Part shown: positions 27,688-36,194 of the stretch, one piece after another | How the letters are laid out: the number at the start of each line of letters is the position of its first letter | Numbering within the stretch: the first letter of the stretch is position 1 | Origin: Phycisphaerales bacterium | GTDB lineage: Bacteria; Planctomycetota; Phycisphaerae; Phycisphaerales; UBA1924 | Direction of reading: 5' to 3' | Assembly: GCA_035299305.1 (NCBI GenBank) | Contig: DATGWV010000237.1 | Location: forward strand, 4,235-68,234 | DNA length: 64,000 bases | Position numbers and translations under genes: made by a program | Notes under the pieces: generated by a model | Database searches by the model: none | Told to the model about the DNA's origin: nothing | The model's input: only the letters and a program-made list of their open reading frames with translations

Positions 27688-27955
27688 GAGGCAAACTCCG
27701 CCGAGTTGTGTTCTTCGCTACATCCGTTCGATTGACTCTGGTAAAGAAAGTCATAGCCGGGAGTTTTAAGAGATACGCGGTAGTAGCTAGGTGGCGCCAT
27801 CTTCACGCGCAATCACTCTCACCAGGTTTGCCAAGCCCACCGCGCAACGTATCTGTCGCGCGCCGCGCCACGGCCTGCCGCGCTCTGCGAGCCGACCGTG
27901 CCCTGACGCAACTTGTCAGGTAACCCGGCACGCCGCGATAAAGCAAAAAAAATAA

Positions 27956-28309
27956 TGGAGCCGCGGGGAATTGAACCCCGGTCCCGTGACAGTCAGTAGA
28001 TCGCATCTACGCGTGTGTTGAGTATTTTAATCTCGACGATGGGGACGCGCACTCACACGCTTCTCCATCATCCAATCTGCAGAAGAGCTTCGCGGTTTGA
28101 CCCCTGAAGATCTCGAATCTCCGCTAGCCTGCTGTCTTCGATTCCCCGCCTAGCAGGCGTTGACGGAGAATCGCGCAGCCAGTTTGTTAGGCTGCGAGAG
28201 CGTATTGGCGCTCGTTGAACATTTTTTTGCACGCTTTTTACGAGGCCCGCGTGCGCCTCGACGCGCCACGAAAAACTTGACGCTGCCCGGTCGAATCCAG
28301 TTCGGCCCC
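27956..28309 (-). ncRNA. ssrA: tmRNA (transfer-messenger RNA)
   Basis: The reverse complement starts GGGGCCGAACTGGATTCGACCGGGCAGCGTCAAG and ends GGGGTTCAATTCCCCGCGGCTCCA. The acceptor stem includes the G3:U pair. The internal tag frame GCA AAA AAA ATG TTC AAC GAG CGC CAA TAC GCT CTC GCA GCC TAA ends in the canonical YALAA. Confidence 0.9.
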
Positions 28310-28381
28310 AGTTTTCAAAGATCAGAGAAGTATAGGGAAGATGGGGCGGCGGGTTTCAGGGAATATGAGCAGGTGAGTTAT

Positions 28382-28419
28382 CAAGGCTGCCAACAGGGCC
28401 ATGTGCGTTGGCAGCCTTG
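28382..28419. repeat. REP-like palindromic element, copy 4
   Basis: caaggctgccaac - agggccatgtgc - gttggcagccttg. Confidence 0.8.
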
Positions 28420-28453
28420 ATTGGGTTGCCGGTGCAGCGTTGCTGTCACCTGC

Positions 28454-29044
28454 TCATCCTTTCAGGCTGTCGCGCGTTGCGGCGGTCACGCGTGTCAGGC
28501 TGTGTGTCATCGTGGTGGCGTCGGCGGGCCAGCGTTCCTGCAGCCACGTGCGGATGAGCGCGATCTGGCATTCGGCGAGGCACGCCGCGACCATGGGGAC
28601 GGGGAGCGTCCATGTTGTGGTGGGGAGGGCGTGCAGTCGGGATTCGATCGCTTCGGCGAGGGCACGCGTGATCACAGCGGCGGTGTCGCTGGTCAGCATG
28701 ACGCGGGCGCGGAGGCGGTTTTCCCAGAGGTGTTCCATCAGCGATTGCACGCGGGCTGGGTCGCCGCCTTGGTCGCGCGTGGTGTCGGCGAGCGCGTCGA
28801 GCATGTGGCGCATGGAGGCGATCAGGACGTCGTCCTTGTTGCGGAAGTGCTCGTAGAGCGTGGAGCGGCCGACGCCCGCGTCTTGGGCGAGTTGCGACAC
28901 GTTGATGGCATCGAGCGGCTGCTCGAGGACGCGCTCGTTGAATGAGGCGATGATGGCGCTGCGCGTCTGCTGGGCACGCGGGTCTTGCGTTGCTGTTTGC
29001 GGGGCTGTTTGTCGGTCGCTGGAGGGCGAGCCTGGGTTGCTCAT
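28454..29044 (-). CDS. TetR/AcrR family transcriptional regulator
   Basis: Track ORF 28454..29164; ATG at 29044 (MSNPGSPS). The HTH is INVSQLAQDAGVGRSTLYEHFRNKDD. Confidence 0.85.
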   Translation of the reverse strand: MSNPGSPSSDRQTAPQTATQDPRAQQTRSAIIASFNERVLEQPLDAINVSQLAQDAGVGRSTLYEHFRNKDDVLIASMRHMLDALADTTRDQGGDPARVQSLMEHLWENRLRARVMLTSDTAAVITRALAEAIESRLHALPTTTWTLPVPMVAACLAECQIALIRTWLQERWPADATTMTHSLTRVTAATRDSLKG

Positions 29045-29141
29045 CGCGGCACTTTCCGGACACTTGCTGGCGTGTGTCTGACAACTCCCTGGCAATGGTA
29101 CTCGGCGCTGGAATCCGCTGCGAACGCGGGGAAGATGGAGG

Positions 29142-29813
29142 ATGCACACGCCTTCGCAACCCACCAGTGATCGTGTTTATGGCTGGACGCTCATCTCGCT
29201 CGCGTTGCTCACGGTCGCCGCGATGTCGCAGCATCCGCACCCCACGCGCAGCGGGGCGCAAGGCTTTGCGCAGGAGTTCAGCGAGAAGGCGACGGTCAAC
29301 GTCGTTGTGCATGGCTCGCTGATTGCGCTCAGCACGCTGACGGTCGTCGTCATGGTGCGGTTTGCGGAGCGGCTGGGGCTGCGCGAGCGACTGACGACGC
29401 GCGCGGGGCTTGCGGCGTACATCGTGGGGACCTTGGCGCTGTGCGTGGCGGCGAGCATCAACGGCTTGCTGCTCACGCGGCTTGCGCAGCGATTTGTCGA
29501 TGCACCGGCGGATGAACTTGCGATGCTGGAGACGCTGCGCATTCTGTGCAAGCATGGCAACTTCGTCGCGGACATTGTCGGCATTGTCAGTCTGTGTGTC
29601 GCGATGTGCGTGTGGTCGGTGGATGTGCTGACGCGCGGACCGCGTTGGCTGGCGGCGGTGGGGCTGGTGGCGGGTGTGACGCCGCTGGCGCTGCTGGGCA
29701 CGGGCTGCATGCCAATGACGGTCGCGGGCATGGCGACGTTTGTGGTGCTGCATGCGGTGTGGTGCGTCGCGGTGGGTGTCGCGCTGGTGCGCGGACTTGT
29801 GGGGCGCGCGTGA
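29142..29813 (+). CDS. Integral membrane protein (about 6 TM helices), divergent from the TetR gene
   Basis: 223-aa ORF starting at an ATG. It has repeated hydrophobic segments (WTLISLALLTVAAM, VVHGSLIALSTLTVVVMV, LAAYIVGTLALCVAASINGLLL and others). Confidence 0.6.
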   Translation: MHTPSQPTSDRVYGWTLISLALLTVAAMSQHPHPTRSGAQGFAQEFSEKATVNVVVHGSLIALSTLTVVVMVRFAERLGLRERLTTRAGLAAYIVGTLALCVAASINGLLLTRLAQRFVDAPADELAMLETLRILCKHGNFVADIVGIVSLCVAMCVWSVDVLTRGPRWLAAVGLVAGVTPLALLGTGCMPMTVAGMATFVVLHAVWCVAVGVALVRGLVGRA

Positions 29814-29819
29814 GCAGGT

Positions 29820-29857
29820 CAAGGCTGCCAACGGGGCCATGTGCGTTGGCAGCCTTG
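29820..29857. repeat. REP-like palindromic element, copy 5
   Basis: caaggctgccaac - ggggccatgtgc - gttggcagccttg. It lies between convergent stops. Confidence 0.8.
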
Positions 29858-29889
29858 ATCGGTTAGCAGTGCTGCGCGTGCGGGCGCGA

Positions 29890-30720
29890 TTACTCGAAGG
29901 CCCAGCCAAGTTCGACGACGGACATCTTGCCCGAGCGTTCGACAAAGCCCGCGAAGAGGTCGCGGTAGGCTTTGCGTTTGGCGTCCCAGTCTTCGGTCGA
30001 GAGCAGCTTGGCGGGTTCGCCTGCGACGGCGGACTGGGCGCGGGCGGCGATCCACACGGGGGCTTGGCGCTGCGCGAGTTGCGACTCGATGTCGAGCGCG
30101 AAGGTGACGGCCTGCACGCGCAGGGCGGAGTCTTGCCGCAGGCGCTGGCGGATGTCGCTGAACTGGGCTTCGATCTCGCGCACGGCGTCGCCTGCGCTGG
30201 CGTCTTCAAAGCGAGCGGCGTCGATGAGGCCCATGAGTGAGCCGGCCATGTACCACTTTGCGGCGTCGTCGCTGCGGCCTGCGTCCTGATGCGTGCGGGC
30301 GAGCATGAAGAGCGTGGGGAAGGCGGCGGAGTCTTTGCGCGTCGTGAGCCACGCGATGAGCTGTTCGCGTTCTGCGTCGTTCAGGCTCGCGGAGTCGCGC
30401 AGCGTGGCCTGCAACGCGGCGGCGTAGTCGCCTGCCTGCTCGAAGCTCGCGAGTTCGCGCACGATCGCAGGCGCGTCGGGCGAAGGCTCGGGCGTGAGAT
30501 CGATCTTGGGCGGCTGGCCCAGCGGTAAAGGCGGCTGCGTGCCATCGCCCGAGCCCATGTCGAAGGGAATGACGGTGATGGGTTCGTTGGAGGCGAGCTG
30601 TTGCTCGAGCTTCTTGCGTTCGCGGCCCACGGTGAACCAGGCGAGCACAGCGAGCGCGACGATCACCGCAGCGGCGTTGCCCGCAGCGATCAGCAGCACA
30701 TTGGCAGGTGTGCGTTTCAC
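29890..30720 (-). CDS. Hypothetical membrane-anchored protein
   Basis: 276-aa ORF. The N-terminal anchor is VLLIAAGNAAAVIVALAVLAWF, followed by a helical soluble domain. I recognise no family. Confidence 0.55.
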   Translation of the reverse strand: MKRTPANVLLIAAGNAAAVIVALAVLAWFTVGRERKKLEQQLASNEPITVIPFDMGSGDGTQPPLPLGQPPKIDLTPEPSPDAPAIVRELASFEQAGDYAAALQATLRDSASLNDAEREQLIAWLTTRKDSAAFPTLFMLARTHQDAGRSDDAAKWYMAGSLMGLIDAARFEDASAGDAVREIEAQFSDIRQRLRQDSALRVQAVTFALDIESQLAQRQAPVWIAARAQSAVAGEPAKLLSTEDWDAKRKAYRDLFAGFVERSGKMSVVELGWAFE

Positions 30721-30918
30721 GAGTCTGAGGGGAGAAGTCGATGCAGGTGGAACACGCGAGAACGTCTCGCGAAGTGCATGAGGTATCGGCTCCCCACGTG
30801 CGGGGTTTCAGGCGGGCCGGTGTGATTGGGGCCGTGAGCAGCGGCAGATGCCGGTCAGGCTGGAGAGCGTGTCGCGCGTGCGGCGTGTGCCGATGATGCG
30901 GGGCGTGACGAGGCGGCC

Positions 30919-32142
30919 TTATCGGTCGCGTTTGCGGGGCTTGGCCAGTTCCTCTTTTTCAATCGCTTCGGCGGAGTCGCTGCCGATTTGCTGCACGCCC
31001 AGGGCGCGCAGTCGGCGGCGTTCCTCGCGGTTGTTCTCCAGCATGCGCTGATTCTGAATCAACTGCTGCTTGAGATTGGCCCGCTGGAAGGCGTTGAGAT
31101 TCTGATCGCGAAGCTGGGCTTCGACCTGCGTGATGGCTGATTCCAGTCGCGAGATCTGCTTGGTCAGCAGGGCGATGGAGTCGCGGTTGGGGTTGGATTC
31201 ATCATCCGCGAGCAGCGCGAAGTCGTCGTCGGGCCGGCTGGTGAGCACACGCGAGGAGCCGCCACCATCGACGTTGAGGGGCGTGACGCTGGCGCGCAGC
31301 GTGCCGGTCTGCTCGGAGCGTTGGCGACCCGCTTCGATTCGCTCGTTCTGCAGCGCGTTGGTGTATCGCAGCGACGTGGTGGGGGCGGGCACAGCCTGGC
31401 GCGTCTCTTTGCGCAGGCGTTCCACGCGCAGACGCCACGCGCGGCGCATCGTGCTTTCATCGAGCGCACGCGAGTTCTGCAGCTTGCTGAAGTCACCCAG
31501 CATGAGCAGGTCGGTGCGAACTTCGCCGCCTCGGGCGAATTCGACTTCGACACGGTCGAGCGGGTCGTAGCTGACGATGGCGACGCGGGCTTCGAGGTCG
31601 TTGGTGATGGGCAAGCCGCCCACGCGACGCAGCACATCGCCCGGCTGGAAGACGCGCATGGAGTCAAAGCCTGCGACCGGTCCGCCGATCACGACGCCAT
31701 CAGCGGCGTTGCGCGTGCCGGCGAAGGAGACGCCCATGGCGCCGCGCGGGCCGCGCGAGAAGAGCTTGTACGCGATGGTGTTGAGCGCTTCCATCTGCTC
31801 GGGCGAGAGCGATGTGTCCTGCAGGCTGGTCTCGAGCTTGCGCAGGTTGGGCAGCGTGATGGCGCCGATGCGGTCGGCGAGTTCGATCTGCTTGTTGCGG
31901 TCCACCGCCATCGCGAGAGCTTCCTCGAGCGCTGCAAGGGGCGAGAGCATGACGTCAGCGAGGGACTGGCGAGCGGCTTCGCGCTGGGCCCAGTCAGCGG
32001 CGTCCATCTGCTTGACCATGGCGGCGAGCTTGTCGTCGCTGATGCCGGTGGTGTCTTGTGCGAAAGCGCTGGGGGCCATTGCACAACCCGCGAAGAGGGC
32101 CGCGAGCGAGACGCTCAGCATGGCGAGGGTGGGGCGGGGCAT
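30919..32142 (-). CDS. Secreted PDZ-domain protein with a C-terminal coiled-coil/basic tail
   Basis: Track ORF 30919..32259; the ATG at 32142 gives MPRPTLAMLSVSLAALFAGCAMAPSAFAQD. The PDZ-like core is GVVIGGPVAGFDSMRVFQPGDVLRRVGGLPITN. Confidence 0.65.
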   Translation of the reverse strand: MPRPTLAMLSVSLAALFAGCAMAPSAFAQDTTGISDDKLAAMVKQMDAADWAQREAARQSLADVMLSPLAALEEALAMAVDRNKQIELADRIGAITLPNLRKLETSLQDTSLSPEQMEALNTIAYKLFSRGPRGAMGVSFAGTRNAADGVVIGGPVAGFDSMRVFQPGDVLRRVGGLPITNDLEARVAIVSYDPLDRVEVEFARGGEVRTDLLMLGDFSKLQNSRALDESTMRRAWRLRVERLRKETRQAVPAPTTSLRYTNALQNERIEAGRQRSEQTGTLRASVTPLNVDGGGSSRVLTSRPDDDFALLADDESNPNRDSIALLTKQISRLESAITQVEAQLRDQNLNAFQRANLKQQLIQNQRMLENNREERRRLRALGVQQIGSDSAEAIEKEELAKPRKRDR

Positions 32143-32190
32143 GGGGAATGGTAGAGGGGGCGCGGGTGGAGAGGTGAGGGGGTGATTCGT

Positions 32191-32228
32191 CAAGGCTGCC
32201 AGGGGTGGCATTTCCGTTGGCAGCCTTG
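32191..32228. repeat. REP-like palindromic element, copy 6 (imperfect left arm), in a divergent promoter region
   Basis: caaggctgccagg - ggtggcatttcc - gttggcagccttg. Confidence 0.7.
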
Positions 32229-32298
32229 AAGGGGTTGACTGGTATTGGCATCCCATCACCTGCTCACCTGATCACCCCCAAGCCTCTACCTTCCCCGC

Positions 32299-33957
32299 AT
32301 GCCTGCTGGTCCATCTGTTCGTCGTTCGTCGCCTCGCTATCGCGCCACCAGTCTGGTGGGCGCGGGGTTGCGGGCGTATCTCGCTGGCCGCATTCGTCAG
32401 CTCAGTGACGTTGAGCACTGGCAGGTCAACAGCGCGGGCATTCAGCTTGCGCAGCTTCGCAACCTGCTGCGCACGGCGCAGGGCACGGTCTTCGGCAAGC
32501 AGCATGACTTCGCCAAGCTCGCGCAGTTGCCGCAGAACGAGCTGCTGGCGGCGTATCGCAAGGCGGTACCGATTGCCGACTGGTATGCGAGCAAGGATTT
32601 GATCGCCCGCATGCGCGAGGGCGGCGAGCCGGATGTGCTGTGGCCCGGCAAAGTCATGGACTTTGCCCAGACCAGCGGCACCACGGCGGGCGACAAGTTC
32701 ATTCCCGTCAGTCAGCAGATGCTGCAGAGCAACTTTCGCGCCAGTCTCGACATCTTCGGGCACGCGTCGCGGTTTGGCGTGTCGCTGCCGCAGCTCATGA
32801 CGGGCAAGAGCGTGTTTCTGGGCGGCACCACCAAGCTCGACACCAACCAGCACGGCGTGCGCACGGGTGACTTGTCGGGCATCGTCACGCCGCTCATTCG
32901 CTGGCCGCTCACGCAGATTTATCTGCCCGGGGCGGAGATCGCGCTGATGAATCACTGGCCGACGAAGATCGAAGCGATGGCCAAGCGGTGTCTGGATGAA
33001 GATGTGCGCATGGTGAGCGGCATGTGCAGTTGGGAGCTGGTGCTGTTTGAGAAAGTGGTGCAGCTTGCCCGCGAGCAGGGACGCAAGGTGAACACGCTGC
33101 GCGATGTGTGGCCCAACATGCAACTACTCGTGCACGGCGGCGTGAAGTACGCCCCGTTTGATCAGCGCATGCGGCAGATGTGGAGCGGCGACCCCGACGG
33201 CGAAGACTTTCCCGCGCGTGTGGAGCTGTATCCGGCGAGTGAAGGGTTTGTCGCTATTCAAGACACGCAGGGTGATCCGGGGCTGCGACTGCTCACGGAC
33301 ATCTACAACTTCTACGAGTTCGTGCCGCTTGAGCAGATCAATGACGCCAACCCGCCCGCGTTTGCGTGCTGGGAAGTGGAGAAGGGGCAGAAGTACGTCG
33401 TGACGATGAGCACGTGCGCGGGCATGTGGCGTTATGTGCTGGGCGATGTGGTGGTGTTTGACACGGTGCCTGACAAGCCGCTGTATCTCGGTGGGGGCGG
33501 CGGAGATGGGCCGTGCCGCCTGCGCATCGTCGGTCGGCATCGCCACTTCATCAACGCGTTTGGCGAGAACTTGATCGTTGAGCACATTGAGAACGCCGTG
33601 GAACAGGCTGCTCGCGGCAGCGGCGTGATCGTGGGCGAGTTCACGGCGGGGCCTGTGTATCCGGGTGAGGGCCGGCGCGCGGGGCTGGAACTGGTGGTGG
33701 AAGTGCAGCCCGGCACGGACGCGGGGACGCTGGCGCGATTTGCGCAGGCGTTTGATGCGTCGCTCAAGGCACAGAACGTGGATTACACCACCAAACGCAC
33801 CGACAGCCTGGGCATGCAGGAGCCGACCATCACGCCCGTGCCGTTCGGGGCCTTCCACCAATGGATGGAACGACGCGGCAAGCTGGGCGGACAGAACAAG
33901 TGCCCGCGGTGCGCGAATCACCGAGATTATGTGGAAGGTGTGAAAGGCACGGTGTAA
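32299..33957 (+). CDS. GH3 (auxin-responsive-promoter-like) acyl-adenylate-forming family protein
   Basis: 552-aa ORF whose N terminus has the typical bacterial GH3 layout: ...QLAQLRNLLRTAQGTVFGKQHDFAKL..., DFAQTSGTTAGDKFIPVS, and the later YEFVPLE and RIVGRHRHFINAFGENL. Confidence 0.8.
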   Translation: MPAGPSVRRSSPRYRATSLVGAGLRAYLAGRIRQLSDVEHWQVNSAGIQLAQLRNLLRTAQGTVFGKQHDFAKLAQLPQNELLAAYRKAVPIADWYASKDLIARMREGGEPDVLWPGKVMDFAQTSGTTAGDKFIPVSQQMLQSNFRASLDIFGHASRFGVSLPQLMTGKSVFLGGTTKLDTNQHGVRTGDLSGIVTPLIRWPLTQIYLPGAEIALMNHWPTKIEAMAKRCLDEDVRMVSGMCSWELVLFEKVVQLAREQGRKVNTLRDVWPNMQLLVHGGVKYAPFDQRMRQMWSGDPDGEDFPARVELYPASEGFVAIQDTQGDPGLRLLTDIYNFYEFVPLEQINDANPPAFACWEVEKGQKYVVTMSTCAGMWRYVLGDVVVFDTVPDKPLYLGGGGGDGPCRLRIVGRHRHFINAFGENLIVEHIENAVEQAARGSGVIVGEFTAGPVYPGEGRRAGLELVVEVQPGTDAGTLARFAQAFDASLKAQNVDYTTKRTDSLGMQEPTITPVPFGAFHQWMERRGKLGGQNKCPRCANHRDYVEGVKGTV

Positions 33958-34029
33958 CGCTCGGCACGTGCCGGCAACAGAACATCGCCGGTTCATCTGC
34001 CCGCGTCTGCCTCCAATACCATTGCCTCC

Positions 34030-34560
34030 ATGCACCCTCCTGACTGGCTCAATGTTCTTCGTGCCGCCGATGCGCTGCTGCAGCAGTGCGAGTCGCTAGT
34101 CAGCGACTTGCCTGATGTCGTCTACACAAGCGAGAGCACGGTGCTGCCGGGCGGGACGGTGGGCAAGCACTTGCGGCACGTGACCGATCACTATCACGCC
34201 ATTGTCGCGGCGAGCAGCGGCAGCGAGCCGGTGGACTACGACCATCGCTTGCGCGATGTGCCCATGGAAGTTGATCGCGCACATGCCCTGCGGACGTTGG
34301 CAGCCTTGCGGGCGTCGATTGCACAGCTTGCTCCGATGGGGCATGCGTCGCCTGTCAGCGTGCGTGTGATGCTTGCGGGCGATGGGTGCTGCGCAACGCT
34401 GGGCACGACGCTGGGGCGCGAGTTGGCGTTTGCGACGCACCACGCGGTGCACCATCAGGCGATGATGCGGGCCATCGCGGGCGAGTTTGGCGTGGACATT
34501 TCGCCTGACTTCGGCAAAGCGCCGAGCACGATTCATCACGAACTTTCCACCAAACGCTGA
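34030..34560 (+). CDS. DinB-like metal-dependent four-helix-bundle protein
   Basis: GKHLRHVTDHYHAI and ATHHAVHHQAMMRAI are His-rich DinB-type motifs. Confidence 0.65.
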   Translation: MHPPDWLNVLRAADALLQQCESLVSDLPDVVYTSESTVLPGGTVGKHLRHVTDHYHAIVAASSGSEPVDYDHRLRDVPMEVDRAHALRTLAALRASIAQLAPMGHASPVSVRVMLAGDGCCATLGTTLGRELAFATHHAVHHQAMMRAIAGEFGVDISPDFGKAPSTIHHELSTKR

Positions 34561-34581
34561 TTTCCGTCCGCATTCCCTCGC

Positions 34582-35334
34582 GTGTGCACCGTCTCTGTCA
34601 TTCCCGTCGCTCGCGGCTTTCGCGTCATGGTGAATCGTGACGAGAGCGTGCTGCGCCCGGCTGCGCTCCCGCCGGCGTGGCGCACGATTCTCGCGGGTGA
34701 CGGCACGCCCATTCGCGCGATCTGGCCGGTTGATCCCTCGGGCGGCGGCACCTGGGTGGGCGCGAGCGAGCGCGGATTGCTGCTGACGCTGCTGAACTAC
34801 AACCTGGAGAGCGCGCCTGGCGTGCCTCGCGAAGTTGTCACGACGGGCCTGCGCTCGCGAGGCGAGATCATTCCGCAGTTGCTCACGCACGCAACCGCCG
34901 ATGACGCGGCAAGTGCGCTGGAGCGATCCGACCTGCGGTGCTACGGGCCGTTTCGTTTGCTGGCGATTGACCATGTGGGCGGGCAGGATGCGGGGCCTCG
35001 CATTCGCGAGATGCGCTGGGATATGCAGACGCTGGATGTGCGCGAGGCCGTGACGCCGCCCGCGTGTTTTGCGAGCAGCGGCTTGGGCGATTCGCTCGTG
35101 CGCGTGCGAGGCGATCTGTTCAGCAAGATGGTGAGCGAGCGCGGCGCCGAGGCAGCGACGCAGGAAGCGTTCCACGAGCACGCGTGGCCTCATGCCACGC
35201 ATCTGAGCGTAATGATGAGCCGCAAGGGCGTGCAGACGGTGAGCGTGAGCACGGTTGAAGTGAGTGAAGGCGCGGGAGCATCACGCGATGTGCGGTTTGA
35301 GTATCGTGCGATTGCACGGGCTGAGAACACGTGA
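34582..35334 (+). CDS. NRDE/TANGO2-family protein
   Basis: A GTG start gives M-C-TVSVIP (Cys2, typical of the family), followed by RVMVNRDE, which matches the eponymous NRDE motif. Confidence 0.75.
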   Translation: MCTVSVIPVARGFRVMVNRDESVLRPAALPPAWRTILAGDGTPIRAIWPVDPSGGGTWVGASERGLLLTLLNYNLESAPGVPREVVTTGLRSRGEIIPQLLTHATADDAASALERSDLRCYGPFRLLAIDHVGGQDAGPRIREMRWDMQTLDVREAVTPPACFASSGLGDSLVRVRGDLFSKMVSERGAEAATQEAFHEHAWPHATHLSVMMSRKGVQTVSVSTVEVSEGAGASRDVRFEYRAIARAENT

Positions 35335-35361
35335 CGGAGCCGCGGACTATTGCTCCGGATG

Positions 35362-35408
35362 CAAGGCTGCCAACTGGCCCATTCTAATTGGCAGCCTTGG
35401 CAGCCTTG
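35362..35408. repeat. REP-like palindromic element, copy 7, with an extra half-arm
   Basis: caaggctgccaac - tggcccattcta - attggcagccttg, followed by gcagccttg. It lies between convergent stops. Confidence 0.75.
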
Positions 35409-35426
35409 CGTCGTCATGCTTGTGGC

Positions 35427-36188
35427 TCAGATCGCGATGCCCGGCACGCTCGCGAGACTTGAGAGGCCAAGCGGCTCTTTGGTCCAGAACGGTTCGGCGG
35501 TCTGCACGCGGATGCGTGTGCCCATGTAGCGGTCGTGGGCGGCGAGTTGGTCCGGCAGTTCGGCGTTGGCCTGTGAGAGTCCCGGGCGCGGGCCGAACTG
35601 CGATGTGTACGCCATCACGCTGCGGATTTTCTTCTCGCTGAAGCCGGTGGTGTCGAAGACGAAGTGCGGATCGGGCACGCGGCGCAGGTGCGAGCAGTAG
35701 TAGTAGAAGACCCAGCTCGGATAGATGGGCGGGCCGATCTGTGTGGAGCCGGGCGGCGTGGGCATCTCGATTTTCGTCAGCTTCGCGTCAAAGCGCGCGT
35801 CTTCCGCGATGCGCGTGACGGCGATGTGATCAGGGTGTGCGTCGAGCGGATGCGGCATGAACAGCACGTTTGCCTGATGAGCGCGGATGACGCCTGCGAC
35901 CTTGTGCCGAGCTTCGATGCTGTGCGTGACCGTGCGATTGGGCAGGTCGAGCATGATGCGTGCGAGCCTGCCTCCCCGTGACTGCGCTGCGGCGGATGGC
36001 GCGAGCTCTCGCAGGGCTGCGGCGGCCTCGATAAGGCGCGACGAGCGATCGCCAAAGGGCGTGGGGCTGCCGTCTGTCATGTCGGCGATGAGGACGTTGT
36101 GGCCTTGCTCAGCGAGCGCGGCGATGGTGCCGCCCATGCCGATTTCGGCGTCGTCGGGGTGCGGAGCGATGATGAGGATGTTGGCCAT
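35427..36188 (-). CDS. PIG-L family N-acetylglucosaminyl deacetylase (LmbE/BshB-like)
   Basis: MANILIIAPHPDDAEIGMGGTIA is the signature PIG-L N terminus. HPLDAHPDH lies downstream. Confidence 0.85.
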   Translation of the reverse strand: MANILIIAPHPDDAEIGMGGTIAALAEQGHNVLIADMTDGSPTPFGDRSSRLIEAAAALRELAPSAAAQSRGGRLARIMLDLPNRTVTHSIEARHKVAGVIRAHQANVLFMPHPLDAHPDHIAVTRIAEDARFDAKLTKIEMPTPPGSTQIGPPIYPSWVFYYYCSHLRRVPDPHFVFDTTGFSEKKIRSVMAYTSQFGPRPGLSQANAELPDQLAAHDRYMGTRIRVQTAEPFWTKEPLGLSSLASVPGIAI

Positions 36189-36194
36189 GATGAG

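Noticed and set aside
23100-27955. A search for a direct repeat of the ssrA 3' end that would delimit a tmRNA-integrated island.
   Set aside because: I found no second copy of the ggggaattgaaccccgg core or of the acceptor 3' strand by eye anywhere in the window, and no integrase lies nearby. The island idea is kept only as a low-interest inference.
34288-34310. The half-site ttggcagccttg of the REP-like palindrome inside the DinB-like gene at 34030..34560.
   Set aside because: Only one arm is present, with no inverted partner nearby, and it lies in-frame in coding sequence (LRTLAALRAS). It is most likely a chance match, so I did not count it as a REP copy.
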